Source: the human T2T-CHM13v2.0 reference genome, Homo sapiens. From it: a stretch of DNA of 64,000 nucleotides. Made by a program: the position numbers and the translations under genes. Position 1 is the stretch's first letter, and each line of letters starts with the position of its first letter. The notes under the pieces are model-generated. The model was not told where the DNA came from, did no database searches, and was given only the letters and a program-made list of their open reading frames with translations. The stretch lies in assembly GCF_009914755.1 (NCBI RefSeq), contig NC_060927.1, one strand, 5' to 3'. Positions 30,185 to 53,478 of the stretch are shown in pieces.

Positions 30185-31994
30185 TAGCTAATTTTTGCAT
30201 TTTTAGTAGAGACGAGGTTTCACCATGTTGGCCAGGATGGTCTCGATCGCCTGACCTCGTGATCTGCCCGCCTCGGCCTCCCAAAGTGCTGGGATTACAG
30301 CCGTGAGCCACCACGCCCGGCCAGGTCTTTCCTCTTAAAAGAAAAACAGGGTGACTACAAAAGAGGAAACCATAGTACCATCAGAGAGTAAAACCAAAGG
30401 AGGGCAACATAATGAGACCCCATCTCTACAAAAGACGAAAAACAGCCAAGTGTGGTGGCGCACACCTGTGGTTGTGGCTTCTTAGGAGGCTGAGATGGGA
30501 GGGTCGCTTGAGCCTAGGAGGTTGAGGCTGAGGTGAGCTGTGATTGTGCCACTACATTCCAGCCTGGCTGACAGAGTGAGACCATGTCTCAAAAAACTTA
30601 TTTTAAAGAAGAAAAAAGAAAGGTCAATTAACTTAAAGGAAAAAAAAACCCAAGAGCTGAGTTCTTAGAGCACTCCAAATTCATCACTTATGGGACACAG
30701 CTATAAGTATTTTATCTTGTACAACACAATTTAGCAGTTTAAACACCAATACAAACATACTGAGCCAGAGTGAAACCAGGTGACAGTAACACAGGTGCAG
30801 GCGGGCACCAGAGTCCCTATGGCTTGGATTTGAATTTGAACCCCAGTTTCCCTAATTATTAGTTATGTGGACCAGACAAATCTCTAAGTCCCTACCCCTC
30901 TTTGTTAAATGGAAACATAACTGGACCACTTCCTAATGTTATACCTGAAGCATCAACACAGCACCCAGCAAGAAACTCTCAGTGATGTTCATCTTTCTTT
31001 TTTTTTTTTTTTTTTTTTTTTGGTCTTGCTATGTTGCCCAGGCTGATCCTGAACTCCTGGCCTCAAGTGATTCTCTCACCTCAGCCTCCCAGTGTTGGAA
31101 TTACAGGTATGAGCACTGCACCTGGCCAAAGTTCATCTTTCTTACTGATAATCAGGGAAGAGCTTGAGATCATTAGCAACTGAACTGAACAGGGAGTTCC
31201 CTCCTGACTTCTCATCCTCCCTTCAGCATAGCACTGAAAACATCTATAAATGTTTTAGACAATGAATCTGAAGAACAGAATTCTTTCCAGAGAAAAGAAT
31301 AAGATGGGCTCTTTTCACAGCTGTCAGCATTTTAGAGTTAAAAGGGTCATCAGATGTCATCTCATATCAAACTCCTCCTTTACGACGTCATTGTCAGCCA
31401 TAGCCTTCAGGCTTCTATGAGGCCTTGAGAAAGACAGACAGGAACAAGGGCAGCTACAGCTCTCACAACTGTCCTTGGCAAGTGCAGCTGGCCACAAGAA
31501 TCAACAAGAAGTCTGAAGCAAGCTCCATGTGAACACAAGAAAATGACTAGAGAGCAAAGAAGCAAGTCTCTGAGGTTAGCCTGCCACAGGTTGTCCAAGA
31601 TACTGTTCTAATGGACTTTGCCTCGCAACACACAAAAAAGGCTCTTGCACTTAACCAGGTACTAAAACGAAACCACTACTATTGAGAAAGAAAACTGAAG
31701 TATCATATCTTTCAATTATTTCAGTGTCTTAGAAGTATCTAAACATTATTTTGAGATACAGTACCAGTGATATGAATAAATCTGGTGAATCAGTAGGTCA
31801 GGGCCAGCCAGGACTATTTTATTATATTAGCTAACCAGGCCAGGACTAGAGTTCTCCACTCACAGTTATAAGGAGCCCAAGCTCCCATTGTGTAAAAAGC
31901 ATACAGAGGCCAAGGGCTCCATAGTGGTTAGGGTTAGAAAACCTACTGTCCTAAGACACTGGCCCACCATATCCAAGGCAACCCAAAAACATAC

Positions 31995-32116
31995 CAGCAG
32001 GCTAAGATGCAGAACCCTGTGAAGAGGATGATGGGGATGGGATAGGATGCACAGAGGAGCCCATGGTTGTAGAAGGCCCGAGATATCTTCTCACGCAGCC
32101 TTTCAGTCAGGGTCAT
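31995..32116 (-). CDS. SCAP: SCAP exon 2 coding part ([10 protein letters not shown]...ILAC), start codon and TM1
   Basis: ATG at 32116-32114; TG|gtatg donor; 122 nt; too short for the ORF track. Confidence 0.97.
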
Positions 32117-32214
32117 CCTCAGCCGAAGTCACCTTGCTGCCATCCCGGAAAGTGACCATGGATCACCCTGGCACACACTTGACAGCACTGACAAAGAACA
32201 ACATGTGCAGGTAC
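32117..32214 (-). other. SCAP: SCAP exon 2 5'UTR portion (98 nt) with three upstream ATGs
   Basis: Pyrimidine tract and AG acceptor at 32215-32216. Confidence 0.9.
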
Positions 32215-32354
32215 CTGGTAAGAAGGGAGAAAAGCCAGTTAACAAAGAGTACTTGGCTCTGCACACTAGGGCTGCTGGAGGGAGGCGATAGTTATGTGGC
32301 TGGGGAATGGTTTCAGAATGCCTATATGCAAGGTCTAGTGACCTCAATCCCAAA

Positions 32355-32356
<2 letters not shown>

Positions 32357-32422
<66 letters not shown>
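32357..32422 (+). repeat. Compound microsatellite (AC)19(TC)14
   Basis: Direct reading. Confidence 0.97.
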
Positions 32423-32424
<2 letters not shown>

Positions 32425-33599
32425 TCTCCCTCCCCGCCCAACTCCCTCCCTCCTATATTAGGCAATGCTAAAAGGCCACTCCCCAAAGGGCATTTTTCTC
32501 ATGTGTGGCACACGAAACCATGCCTGTGTAACAGACGTCACCTTCAGCTGCTCTCTGTCAAACAGGCATTCTTCCCCCCGCTCCTCTATGCACAAATCCC
32601 ACTGAGAAAAGTCCTTTACATAGGGATACAGAGAAACCCTTTACATAGGGATGGCCTCCTCAAAACACACTGTTGTACAAATAGTGATTCACTCGTGAAG
32701 AAGGTCTAGCGAGGTCAGCCCTCAACATAAAAACGCTAAAAAGCTTAGGTCTCTGACATAATGGTCACCAAGCAAAATTCACTCTGGTAGAACTCTCTGC
32801 TCTTGGTCCTATAGTTGTTCCTGGGAGTGCAAAGGCAGAGAGCAGCTCCTGTTCCTGCCTGCCCAGTACCCGTCCCCTTCCATAAGTTAACAGCAGCCTG
32901 GTATGGCTCAGGGGAACCACCTCGCTCCACAGGATTTAACCTGGATTAACTATGAGTCAAGGTGCCCCGTGCCGACCCAAGCTACACAAATTGGGCCTCT
33001 CTCCCTGGACTTTGACTTCTAAACACAAACAAACAGGAACTTGGATATTCATGATGTTTATTCATCCCACAGAGGTTCCTGCTCCCAAGATCCCCAGGCT
33101 GTTCTGGCTCCCATCCTTTCTGAGGACTGGCTCATCAACTTTTTTTTCCGTTTTGTAAGCTATTCTATACCCTTCTAATAAATTATCTTTTTGCTTATGT
33201 TGGCCAAAGTTAATTTCTGGTGCTTTCAAACAAATAACATTAAACCAATAAAATCAGAATAGAAAACTCTAGGAGGCCCAGGGATCTAGAATTATCTTCC
33301 CTACTGAGCCCTCTGATGGAATCCAAGTTTAAACCTACTTCTCTTGTTCCATGTTGCTGTTTTCTTCGGTCTGTGCTAGAGGGAACCTGCCCAGACACAT
33401 TTCTTGGCTTGACTGTACTCACTGATGAAAACCCAGACTCAAAGATGACTCCTCATAAGTGTCAAGATCAGAAACAAGAAGCAAAAGGAGTCACACCACA
33501 GCCAACTCAAAAGCCAAAAGGAATGCCTATTGCTCGTTCTACCTTTCCGAAAGCAGAAGCGTTAAGCGCACATGCAAGTTTCCAATCCAGGAACCCTTT

Positions 33600-39060
<5,461 letters not shown>

Positions 39061-39074
39061 TTTTAATGTGATAA

Positions 39075-39482
<408 letters not shown>

Positions 39483-40050
39483 TAGTAAAGTTTTCTACAA
39501 AAAGCACACATTACTTTTACAATTTGAAAAAATAAAAATTATATACAAAAAGTGCACAAAAGGAGAATAGAGGGAAACGTTAGTAGTGGTTGCTTGTCTT
39601 TGTGTAATGTGATTATATGCAGGGTTTTTTTTTTTTTTTCCTTGAGACAGAGTCTCACTCTGTCACCCAGGCTGGAATGCAGTGGCAGGATCACAGCTCA
39701 CTGCAGCCTCAATCTCCCAGGCTCAGGTGATCCTCCCACTTTAGCCTGCCTATAGGCACGTACCACCATGAGAGATAATTTTTGGTAATTTTAGTAGAGA
39801 CAGGGTTTTGCCACGTTGCCCAGGCTGGTCTCAAACTCCTGGGCTCAAGCAATCCTCCTGCCTCAATTTCCCAAACTGATTATAGGTGTGAGCCACCACA
39901 CCCAGCAGAGAAATTTTTAAACTCAAATCTCAGTATCTTTACATTTTTCACTATAAGCATTTATTTATTTTTCTTTTTTTAGAGATGGGGTCTCACTCTG
40001 TCACCCAGGCTGGGGTACAGTGGCACTATCATGTCTTACTGTAGCCTTGA

Positions 40051-40322
<272 letters not shown>

Positions 40323-40438
40323 TAAGCACACAGCTCCATGAATTACCACCAAGTAAACAAAGCCATGTAACCTAAACACCATTCCATCAAGAAACAGAAC
40401 ATTACCCCAAAGGTCCCCTTTATGAGCCCCAATGCTGA

Positions 40439-40642
<204 letters not shown>

Positions 40643-41699
40643 TAGGACTATAGGCGTGCACCACCACACCCAACGAAATGTTTGTATTTTTAATAGAGAT
40701 GGGGTTTTACCATGTTGCCCAGGCTGGTCTTAAACTCTTAGACTCCAGCAATCCTCCTGCCTCAGCCTCCCAAAGAGTTGGGATTACAGGCTGAGCCACC
40801 CACCATGCCTGGCCCTCATAGACCCCTTCCTACCTATCCCTTTACAATTCACTTTATCTCAGAGGTCAGAGTGGACACAGATTCTACTAATGCTGTGAGC
40901 TGGATACCCTTCTGCACTTAGAACAAAGCCCAAATGCCTCCCCCTAGCTCTCAGGGCTCTGCACAACCCACCCCGGTCCTCTGCAACTTCACTTCGTGTC
41001 ACCTCTCCCTGTTCTGGTTTCTTCCAATGCCTTATGTGTGCCAACCTCATTCCCATCTCAGGGGCCTGGCACATACTGTTCCATCCTCTATTCCCTCTTC
41101 TCTTTATAGGCTGGTTCCTTTTCATTCTTCAAGTCTCAGCTGAAATATCACTTCTACAAAAAGACCTCCCTTGACCATATATTTTCCAGTAGTTCTCTTT
41201 ATTGTTCCTTACAGAGCCTATTTCTTCTTTTTCAGTGCATTTAAAACTCTGTAATTGTACAAATGACTTATTCCCTGGTTTACTATCTGTCCTCTGTCAA
41301 GACTATAAATAAACTCCCTGTCTGTTCTTCAGGGTCTTTAATAGCACTTGGCATGTTAAATTTTTATTAAATGCACCTATAATCCCGGCTACTCAGGAGA
41401 CTGAGGTGGGACAATCCCTTGAGCCCAGGAGTTTGATGCCAGCCTGGGCAACACAGTGAGACCCTGTCTCTGAAAACAAACCACTTGTTGAATAAGTGAT
41501 GAACAAACCAACCAACCCAACCAGGATCAGATATTATTAGGACAGTGCTCAGTACATATCTTCTCAACTTCTAACTGTGATACAAAGCACCTCAGGCATT
41601 CTGGAAGAAAGAGAGCTAATAATCCCCTCTCTCTGAATGAAATCATAAACAAGGAACACTTCATCCATCCTGTTCTTCACAAATGTCCCAATCTAAATC

Positions 41700-41831
41700 C
41701 TTGTTAGAAATGCAAATTATTGGGCCTATCCCAGACCTGGTGAATCAGAAAATCTGGCGGTGAGGCCCAGAAATCTCTATTTAACACACCCTCCAGCTGA
41801 CAGTGATATGCTCAAATTTGAGAAACACTGC
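41700..41831 (+). mobile_element. MER5A hAT element
   Basis: ttgttagaaatgcaaatt...ccagacc..gaatcagaa...tttgagaa.cactg. Confidence 0.8.
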
Positions 41832-42371
41832 CCTACCAAACCTGGAGCCCAAGAGTTGCCTAAGTCAACTCTATGGTGCCCACATCTTGAACATATGTCT
41901 AAACTGGACGAGCAGGGCAGGCATCGTAGCTAACTAATGTCTGTAATCCCAGCAGTTTGGGACACTGAGGCAGGAAGACTGCTTGAGGCCAGGAAAGTTC
42001 AACACCAGCCTGGGCAACATACAGAGATCCTGTCTCTACAAAAAAAAAAAAATTTAAATTAGCCAATTGTGGTGGCTCATGACTGTAGTCCTGGCTACTT
42101 GGAAGCCTGAGTGGGAAGGACTGCTTGAGCCCAGGAGGTCAAGGCTACAGTAAGCTGTGATTCCGCCACTGCACTCTAGCCTGGGCAGAAGAGCAAGGCC
42201 TATCTCAAAAAATAAAAAATGAACTGGACTAGTGATAGATATCCAAAACCACCAGCCTGAAAAATTCTAATAGTCTCCTACCTGATTTTGCTACCTGCAT
42301 TTGCACTTCACTTCTGGTTTGTCTTCCCACATGGTCAGCATGGACAGCTTCCTAAAATAAAGACCTGCTTA

Positions 42372-42527
<156 letters not shown>

Positions 42528-43149
42528 TTATGTCACCCCTTGCACAAAAGTTCTGAATGGCTCTCCAGTGCCTGCATATCTGAGGCCATACTTCTTTGCT
42601 TATTATACAGGTACACTCAAAATATACTGAAACCTCTTTCCAGCTTTATTCTCTTGTCAAATAAAAATAACTAGTATTTATAAACCATGTGTCAGCCTCT
42701 GGCCTAAGACTTTTGCCTACATTATCTCCTGAATCCTTGTAACAACCCTTAAACTAATAACTACTTTTACTATTTCAGTTCCACAAAGGAAGAATCTGAA
42801 GTCCAGAGGTGTAATACGCCCCCATGTTACCCATCTAGAAGGCCCTCATGAATATCACAGTAATGTTGGGATGCTGGCATTCTTCCCCAAAATAACCTAC
42901 ATTCCCACTTTCCACACCTTTGCAGTCAAGGCTCTCTCTTTACTGAATGCCCTTTTCCTATCTTCCCACTCTAATTTCCCACCTCTAATTTTCTCCATTC
43001 AGCCTTCAGGCACTAGATAAAATGCTATTTCCTCCATAAGCCTTCTCTAAACATCATCCTATTCATTTTGTACCAGAAACATGTAAGTACTAATGTTAAA
43101 ACAATGTTATGTTCAACATATTAACAGAGATCATCTCTGCCAATGCTGA

Positions 43150-43676
<527 letters not shown>

Positions 43677-44172
43677 CTAAAAAATACAAAAATTAGTCAG
43701 GCATGGTGGCGGGCACCTGTAATCCCAACTATTTGGGTGGCTGAGGCAGGAGAATCGCTTGAACGCAGGAGAATCGCTTGAACCCAGGAGGCAGAAGTTA
43801 CAGTGAGCCAAGATTGTGCCACTGCACTCCAGCCCAGATGACAGAGACTCTGTCTCAAAAAATAATAATAAAAAAAATACACATATATATATAAAAAATA
43901 AATACAGACTTCAACTAAATGTTTACATCTTTCTCAATCTCAAAGCTAAAATCAAGCCCAATGGGAACACACTAGAAGTGTTCTCACTAACGTCAGGGGC
44001 CATACAGGCTATGCATTTAACCATCATTATTTATTACTATTGTGGAACTACTAGTTATCACAATCAGTCAAGACAAAGAAAACATAGGTATACAACTGGA
44101 AAGGAAAAAGTTAAATTATCATTATTTGCAAATGATATTATGTACAAAATCCAAATATATATACAAAAAAAT

Positions 44173-44208
<36 letters not shown>

Positions 44209-44599
44209 CAACTGAAAACCTTTTACAGTTGATAAAAGAATCACCATAAGGTAGTGAAAACTAATATATATCAATGCCTTCACATACATCAACAACAAGC
44301 AGGCAGAAGTAAAATAATGATAATATTGATTATAATAATGATTCATTAACACTAAAATAAATAACAAAACCAAAAACTTGAAAATAAACTTAAAAAGAAA
44401 TGTAAGAAATCTCTGAAACTCCCAGCAGGACACAGTGGCTCACGCCTGTAATCTCAGCAACTTGGGAGGCCGAGGTGGGCAGATCACCTGAAGTCAGGAG
44501 TTAAAGACCAGCCTAGCCAACATGGTGAAACCCCGTCTCTACTAAAAATACAAAAATTAGCTGGGCATTGTGGCACGTTCCTGTAATCCTAGCTACTCA

Positions 44600-44857
<258 letters not shown>

Positions 44858-45428
44858 CTAGAAATGTAACAGTCCCAATAAAAACAGGACTTCTTTAACT
44901 AAACAAACTTCAAGTTTATACAGAAAAACAAATATAACCAAGAAAGTTCTGGAAAATAAAGATGATGAAAGGGAACTAACTTCACCAAATAACAAAACAT
45001 GCTAGAGTAATTAAAACAGTGTGGTCCTAACACATAAATACACAGATTAATGTAACAGAACAGAATGTCCAGGAATAGACCAAAATGTACACATATGGCA
45101 AAGTATACTATATACAGTAAATGATAAACAAGTAGGAGAAAGATTAATTGCGCAACAAAAGGTGTTGCAACAAATGGGTAGCCACGGAAAAAAATTAAGC
45201 TGGATCTAACACTTCACATCAAAATAAATTCCAAAAAGCACAGTGGCTCAGGCCTACAATCCCAGCACTTTGGGAAGTCAAGGCAGACAGATCACTTGAA
45301 CCCAGGAGTTCAAGACCAGCCTGGGCAACATGGCAAAACCCTTCTCTACCAAAAGTACAAAAATTAGCTGGGCATGGTGATGCACACCTGTAGTCCCAGC
45401 TATTCAGGAGGCTGAAGCGGGTGGATTA

Positions 45429-45758
<330 letters not shown>

Positions 45759-46911
45759 TCAGCTACTCAGGAGGCTGAGACAGGAGAATCACTTGAACCT
45801 GGGAGGCGGAGGTTGCAGTGAGCCGAGATCATCCGAGATCGTGTGAGATCGTGCCACTGTACTCTAGTCTGGGCAACAAAGCGAGACTCCGTCTCAAAAA
45901 AAAAAGATAAATAAGATCTGGAAAAATACAACTGCAATTCATATCGCTGACAAGGTGCTAAATTCCCGCGTATATAAGCAATTTTGACAAAATCAATTTA
46001 AAAATACCAAAGCCCAGCTAGGCACAATGGCTCACACCTACAATCCCAGCACTTTGGGAGGCTGAGGCGGGTGGATCACCTGAGGTCAGGAGTTCAGACC
46101 AGCCTGGCCAACATGGTGAAACCCTGTCTCTACTAAAAATACAAAAATTAATGATAAACTATCATAAAGAAACATTCAGAGAAAAAAGCAAGGGAGCAGT
46201 GTCCTACTTTCATGTAAGAGAACAGAAGTCTCTGCTTATTTGTCTATAAATGCACAAAACACCTGGGAATGGACACATGAGAAGTGGCAGCACCAGCAGC
46301 CTCTGGGGAGAGGATCTGGTAGCCAGGTGCAAGATGGAAGGGAAACTTTCCCATGTAGTTTACCTTTCCAATTTTGTGTCATGTAAATGTATTTCTACAT
46401 TGAAAAGCTGAAATTAAAAAATAATGAGCAAAGTTTCCTGTGGAAGCAGCAGCCCTCTTCTCTGAGCTTCTCTAACTGTGAACTTCCACCTTGCTCATTC
46501 TGACTCTCTCAGCCTCCTGGATTGACTGCGTTCCCCTTCAGGAGAAGGGAATAACTGAATCACCTTGTGTTCCCTAGAGCACCCAGCACCTCACCTGGTG
46601 CTGAGCAGAAAGTCACTATAGGTCTGCTCACTGAGCTAAACTAGTCCACTGGTGCAAACAATTCATCCCTTTGGGATAATGTTTTTCTGAAAGTTGTCAA
46701 GCGGACCAATGCTAAGGGCAGAAAATTACTTCTCTGGGCCGGGCACGGTGGCTCACGTCTATAATCCCAGCACTTTGGGAGGCCGAGGTGGGTGGGTCAC
46801 GAGGTCAGGAGATCGAGACCATCCTGGCTAACATAGTGAAACCCCGTCTCTACTAAAAATACAAAAAATTAGCTGGGCCTGGTGGCGGGTGCCTGTAGTC
46901 CCAGCTACTCA

Positions 46912-47055
<144 letters not shown>

Positions 47056-47088
47056 TCAAAATTAGCCAGTAACCTGGGAGAATTTTCA

Positions 47089-47277
<189 letters not shown>

Positions 47278-47380
47278 TCATGCCTGTAATCCCAGCACTT
47301 TGGGAGGCCAAGGCGGGTGGATCACGAGGTCAGGAGTTCAAGACCAGCTGGCCAACACAGTGAAACCCCGTCTCTACTCA

Positions 47381-47641
<261 letters not shown>

Positions 47642-47886
47642 TCAAGAAGATGAGTACTGGCACATTTTAGAGTAACTGTTGGGATGGCACAGCAACACCC
47701 AAATTGAAGTAAGACCAAATTATATTAGTTGGTTGTAATGGTTGTCACAAATAACCACGTGCATAATGTCAACCCTCTTTACAATAGAACACCAACAAAC
47801 CTATTAAAGATTTTCTTCCACAATGCCAGTTACCTACATTCTTACTCCCTCTTGACCTGGTCAGGAATGACTAACAAAGGGACTGA

Positions 47887-48333
<447 letters not shown>

Positions 48334-48526
48334 TAGGAGCACAGCCAGGACCAGCCTCCTGCCACCAGCTACACATGAGCATATCAGGCCACACAGGCTA
48401 AACACCCTTTGCCTGATTTCCTGCAAGAAGCGTGCTTTGCTGGAGGGCATCAAAGCTCTTGACAGTTTTATACAATCAAATCCCAAAATGGGAGATGTGA
48501 CGAGTCTCGTTGCGTTACTACTTCAA

Positions 48527-49638
48527 TATTAGGGGAACCCACCCCCAATATTTCAACATAGGTTCTTTCTATTTTCCGTAAGTGTCGGCCGGCTGAGAAA
48601 TAAAGAGAAACAGTACAAAGAGAGGAATTTTACAGCTGGGCCTCCAGGGGTGACATCACATATGAGTAGGACCGTGATACCCACCCGAGCTGCAAAACCA
48701 GCAAGTTTTATTAAGGATTTCAAAAGGGGAGGGGGTGCAAGAACAGGGAGTAGGTCACAAGATCACATGCTTCAAAGGGCAAAAAGGAGAACAAAGATCA
48801 CATGCTTCTGAGGAAACAGGACAAAGGCAAATTCAGAACTACTGATAAGGGTCTATGTTCAGCTGTGCACGTATTGTCTTGATAAACATCTTAAACAACA
48901 GAAAATAGGGTTCAAGAGCAGAGAACCGGTCTGACCTCAAATTTACCAGGGCGGAGTTTCCCAATCCTAGTAAGCCTGAGGGTACTGCAGGAGACCAGGG
49001 CGTATTTCAGTCCTTATCTCAACCGCATAAGACAGACACTCCCAGAGCGGCCATTTATAGACCTCCCACCAGGAATGCATTCCTTTCCCAGGGTCTTAAT
49101 TATTAATATTCCTTGCTAGGAAAAGAATTTAGCGATATCTTCCCTACTTGCATGTCCATTTATAGGCTCTCTGCAAGAAGAAAAATATGGCTCTATTCTG
49201 CCAGACCCCACAGGCAGTCAGACCTTATGGTTGTCTTCCCTTGTTCCCTAAAATAGCTGTTATTCTGTTTTCAAGATGCACTGATTTCATATTGTTCAAA
49301 CACACGTTTTACAATCAATTTGTACAGCTAACACAATAGTGGTCCTGAGGTGACGTACATCCTCAGCTTACGAAGATAACAGGATTAAGAGATTAAAGTA
49401 AGACAAGCATAAGAAATTATAAAGTATTAATTTTGGGAACTGATAAATGTCCATATTAAAAGGAAATATTAACGATTTATGTTCAGAGATTGAAGTAAAG
49501 ACAGGTGTAAGAAATTATAAAAGTATTAATTTTGGGAACTGATATATGTCCATATTAAAATGAAATCTTCACCATTTATGTTCCTCTGCCGCGGCTCCAG
49601 CCAGTCCCTCCGTTCGGGGTCCCTGACTTCCCACAACA
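48527..49638 (-). mobile_element. MER11 solo LTR (HERV-K11/HML-8), about 1.1 kb, same orientation as SCAP
   Basis: Minus-strand start TGTTGTGGGAAGTCAGGGACCCCGAACGGAGGGAC; 6-bp TSD cttcaa (48521-48526, 49639-49644); internal ~97-bp tandem duplication. Confidence 0.9.
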
Positions 49639-50930
49639 CTTCAAGAACTGTTTTTTGGTTTTTTGTTGTTGTTGTCTTTTTGAGACGGAGTCTCACTCTG
49701 TCCCCCAGGCTGAAGTGCAGTGGCACAATCTCGGCTCACTGCAACCTCTGCCCCCGCCCCCAGGTTCAAGCGATTCTCCTGCCTCAGCCTCCCAAGTAGC
49801 TGGGATTACAGGTGCCTGCCACTGTGCCCAGCTAATTTTCTTATTTTTAGTAGATATGGGGTTTCACCATCCTGGCCAGGCTGGTCTTGAACTCCTGACC
49901 TCGTGATCCACCCGCCTCGACCTCCCAAAGTGCTGGGATTACAGGCGTGAGCCACTGCGCCCAGCAAGAACTCTTAATATAAACGTTGCATGGAAGAGGG
50001 TTCCAAACAGTGCAAAGAGGGGAGGAGTTTGTGAGGAGAAATGTGGCAAAGAAGAAAGCCAAGAGATGAGGCTCACCTGGGCCCCTTTTCCTTGGGGTGA
50101 GGGTCCAGGAGCCCCTAGAGCTCTCTCCAGCACACCAGACTTCACCGGCCCCTTCCACCACCTTATCTCCCAGGAGAGCCTCCCCTCTGTACCCCCTCCA
50201 TGCCCACCAGCTTCTAAGAACCTTTCATCCTGCTCACCGCTGGCCCTAAGACTCCCTCCACACTCTTCAAGGCAAAGGGTGGTACTCTGGGCTCACAAAC
50301 CTAAGTGCTATGGGTTCTTGTCAAGTCACAATGTGTGAAGCCTCACAGATAAACAAATCACATCTACATGGTGCTCATTCCCAAATATTTGGTCAAAGTC
50401 TAAAAAACAAAGATTTTGTTTCTGTCTCAAATTGTAAGGCCTGCTGTAAGTTTTAATTGCTTCTTTTTCATATCTATAATCTGGTACTAAGTAAAACTTT
50501 CCAGCTAACAGGACAACTGTGGACTGTGATATGCACTGGGACCACACAATTCTTCCAAATGTTCACAGTCACTTCTCAGACTGGAACTTGCTTGCCTTCC
50601 AGACATTTATAGAGACAAAGGAACAGAAAGCTACCAGATTTCAGAGCTAGGAGAGATGGGATCCTCCAGCACAATATCCTATTGGTAAGGAAGAAACTGA
50701 GGCTTAGGGAAGGTCATGCCAGATGACCCAGGTCATGTAGCAAATGACAACAATCAACACTCTGGTTCCAACTCCCAGCCCGGGGAACATTTCCATGACA
50801 GAGCTGATTCCCCAGCACCTCCCAACAAAATAATGTGTTTTAACCTATGTAAGAGCAGTCTAGGCCGGGCACGGTGGCTCACTCTTATAATCCTAGGACT
50901 CTCGGAGGCCGAGGCAAACAGATCACTTCA

Positions 50931-51164
<234 letters not shown>

Positions 51165-51757
51165 TCAGATTTAAATGTTTACTATAATCAGTGACAAAGT
51201 ATTCTACTTCGTTTTGTGGTAAAAAAAAATTATTAACATAAACATCATTTTAACCCCTTTTAAGTGTACAGTTCAGTGGTATTAAGTACATTCATATTGT
51301 TGTGCAGCCATCACCACCATCCATCTTTTTTATCTTCCTAAACTGAAACCTTTTGTCTTAGCTAGGAGATCAACTTTTTCTTTTAACAAGTTTACTATAT
51401 AACTTGTCAAAGGTTTTTCTGTAAAACAGTCATCTGACAGCCTCTGCCCCATCGGCTATACAACCTCTGCCCCATCGGCTATCTGTGTAGTAAAGGCACA
51501 CGCAGTGAAGCCTCCATTCTTTCAATCTAAGGACCTGCCTGCTTGAAGACAGACTGTAAAACACCTTCATGGATGAGTTATGACTTATGATCAAACACCA
51601 TCAGAGGCAGCCACTGAAAGGGCTGACCATAAAGACACTATGCTGAAATGAGAAACGCCTACAACCATCCTGGCTAACACGGTGAAACCCCGTCTCTACT
51701 AAAAATACAAAAAATTAGCCGGGCGTGGTGGCACATGCCTGTAATCCCAGCTACTCA

Positions 51758-51862
<105 letters not shown>

Positions 51863-52934
51863 TCAAAAAAAAAAAAAAAAAAAAAGAAAGAAAGAAAGGA
51901 AAACACCTACTTATTTCCTAGTTGTGAGTGACATCATGTCCCTACTGATGTCCTAGAAGGTTGTGCTTCTCAGCCTCCCTTCCTGCTTCCCCATAGGCTT
52001 TGTTCCTGGCCTGCTTTCCTCATCTACCCTTTCTCCCCAGGGCTTCTCAGCCTGACTCCTGGCTCCAATTCTCATCTGTTTGCTGATGTCTCTTACATAC
52101 ACACCTCTCAAGCCTCTCCCCTAAGCTCCTTCTTTACACTATTTCCACTTGGTATCTCCACTCAAATGCCTAATAAGCACTTCAAATCTAACAAGACCAA
52201 AAACAGAATTCTTGATTTCCCCACAGTAGCTGTTCTTTCCCAGCCATCTCAGTTAATTATACCACTAGCTACCCTGTTTATTCCTCCGGCGGAAAGTTTA
52301 GGAAACATCCTACAACAAGCCCACATCTGAAACAGCTGGTTACAACAGTTTTACCTCCAAGTCAGATCCCCAACCTGACCAACAATCATCATCTCCCTGG
52401 CTACTCTCCCATCACTGACCATGGGGACAGCAGGAATGCCTCTATTCATTCCTGCCTCATTCCATCCTCGATAAATCTTTCTAAAGCACAAATCACTAAT
52501 GTCACTACCCTGCTCAAAACACTCCAGTGGGCCGGGGTGCGGTGGCTCGTGCCTGTAATCCCAGCACTTTGGGAGGCAGAGGCAGGCGGATCACTTGAGG
52601 TCAGGAGTTTGAGACCAGCCTGGCCAACATAGTGAAACCTTGTGTCTACTAAAAATACAAAAATTAGCTGGGTGTGGTAGTGCCTGTAATCCCAGCTACA
52701 TGGGAAACTGAGGCACGAGAATAACTTGAACCCAGGAGTCAGAGGTTGCAGTGAGCTGAGAATGCATGACTGCACTCGAGCCTGGCAGCCTAAGTGACAA
52801 AGTGAGACTGTCCCTAAAAAAAAAACTAAAATTAAAAATTAAAAGAAAACAGGGGCTTAGCCTTGTTCACTGCTGAATCCCCAGAACTTTAACAGTGTCT
52901 GACACCTAGGAAGAATTCAATAAGCATCTGTTGA

Positions 52935-53478
<544 letters not shown>

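Noticed and set aside
32209-32216. AG|GT at the exon 2 acceptor as a recursive splice site
   Set aside because: The reconstituted donor GTACCT is weak, and AG|GT occurs at several other SCAP acceptors here.
32047-32709. 220-aa plus-strand ORF antisense to exon 2
   Set aside because: Runs through the (AC)n(TC)n microsatellite (HTHT/SLSL) and has no recognisable domain.
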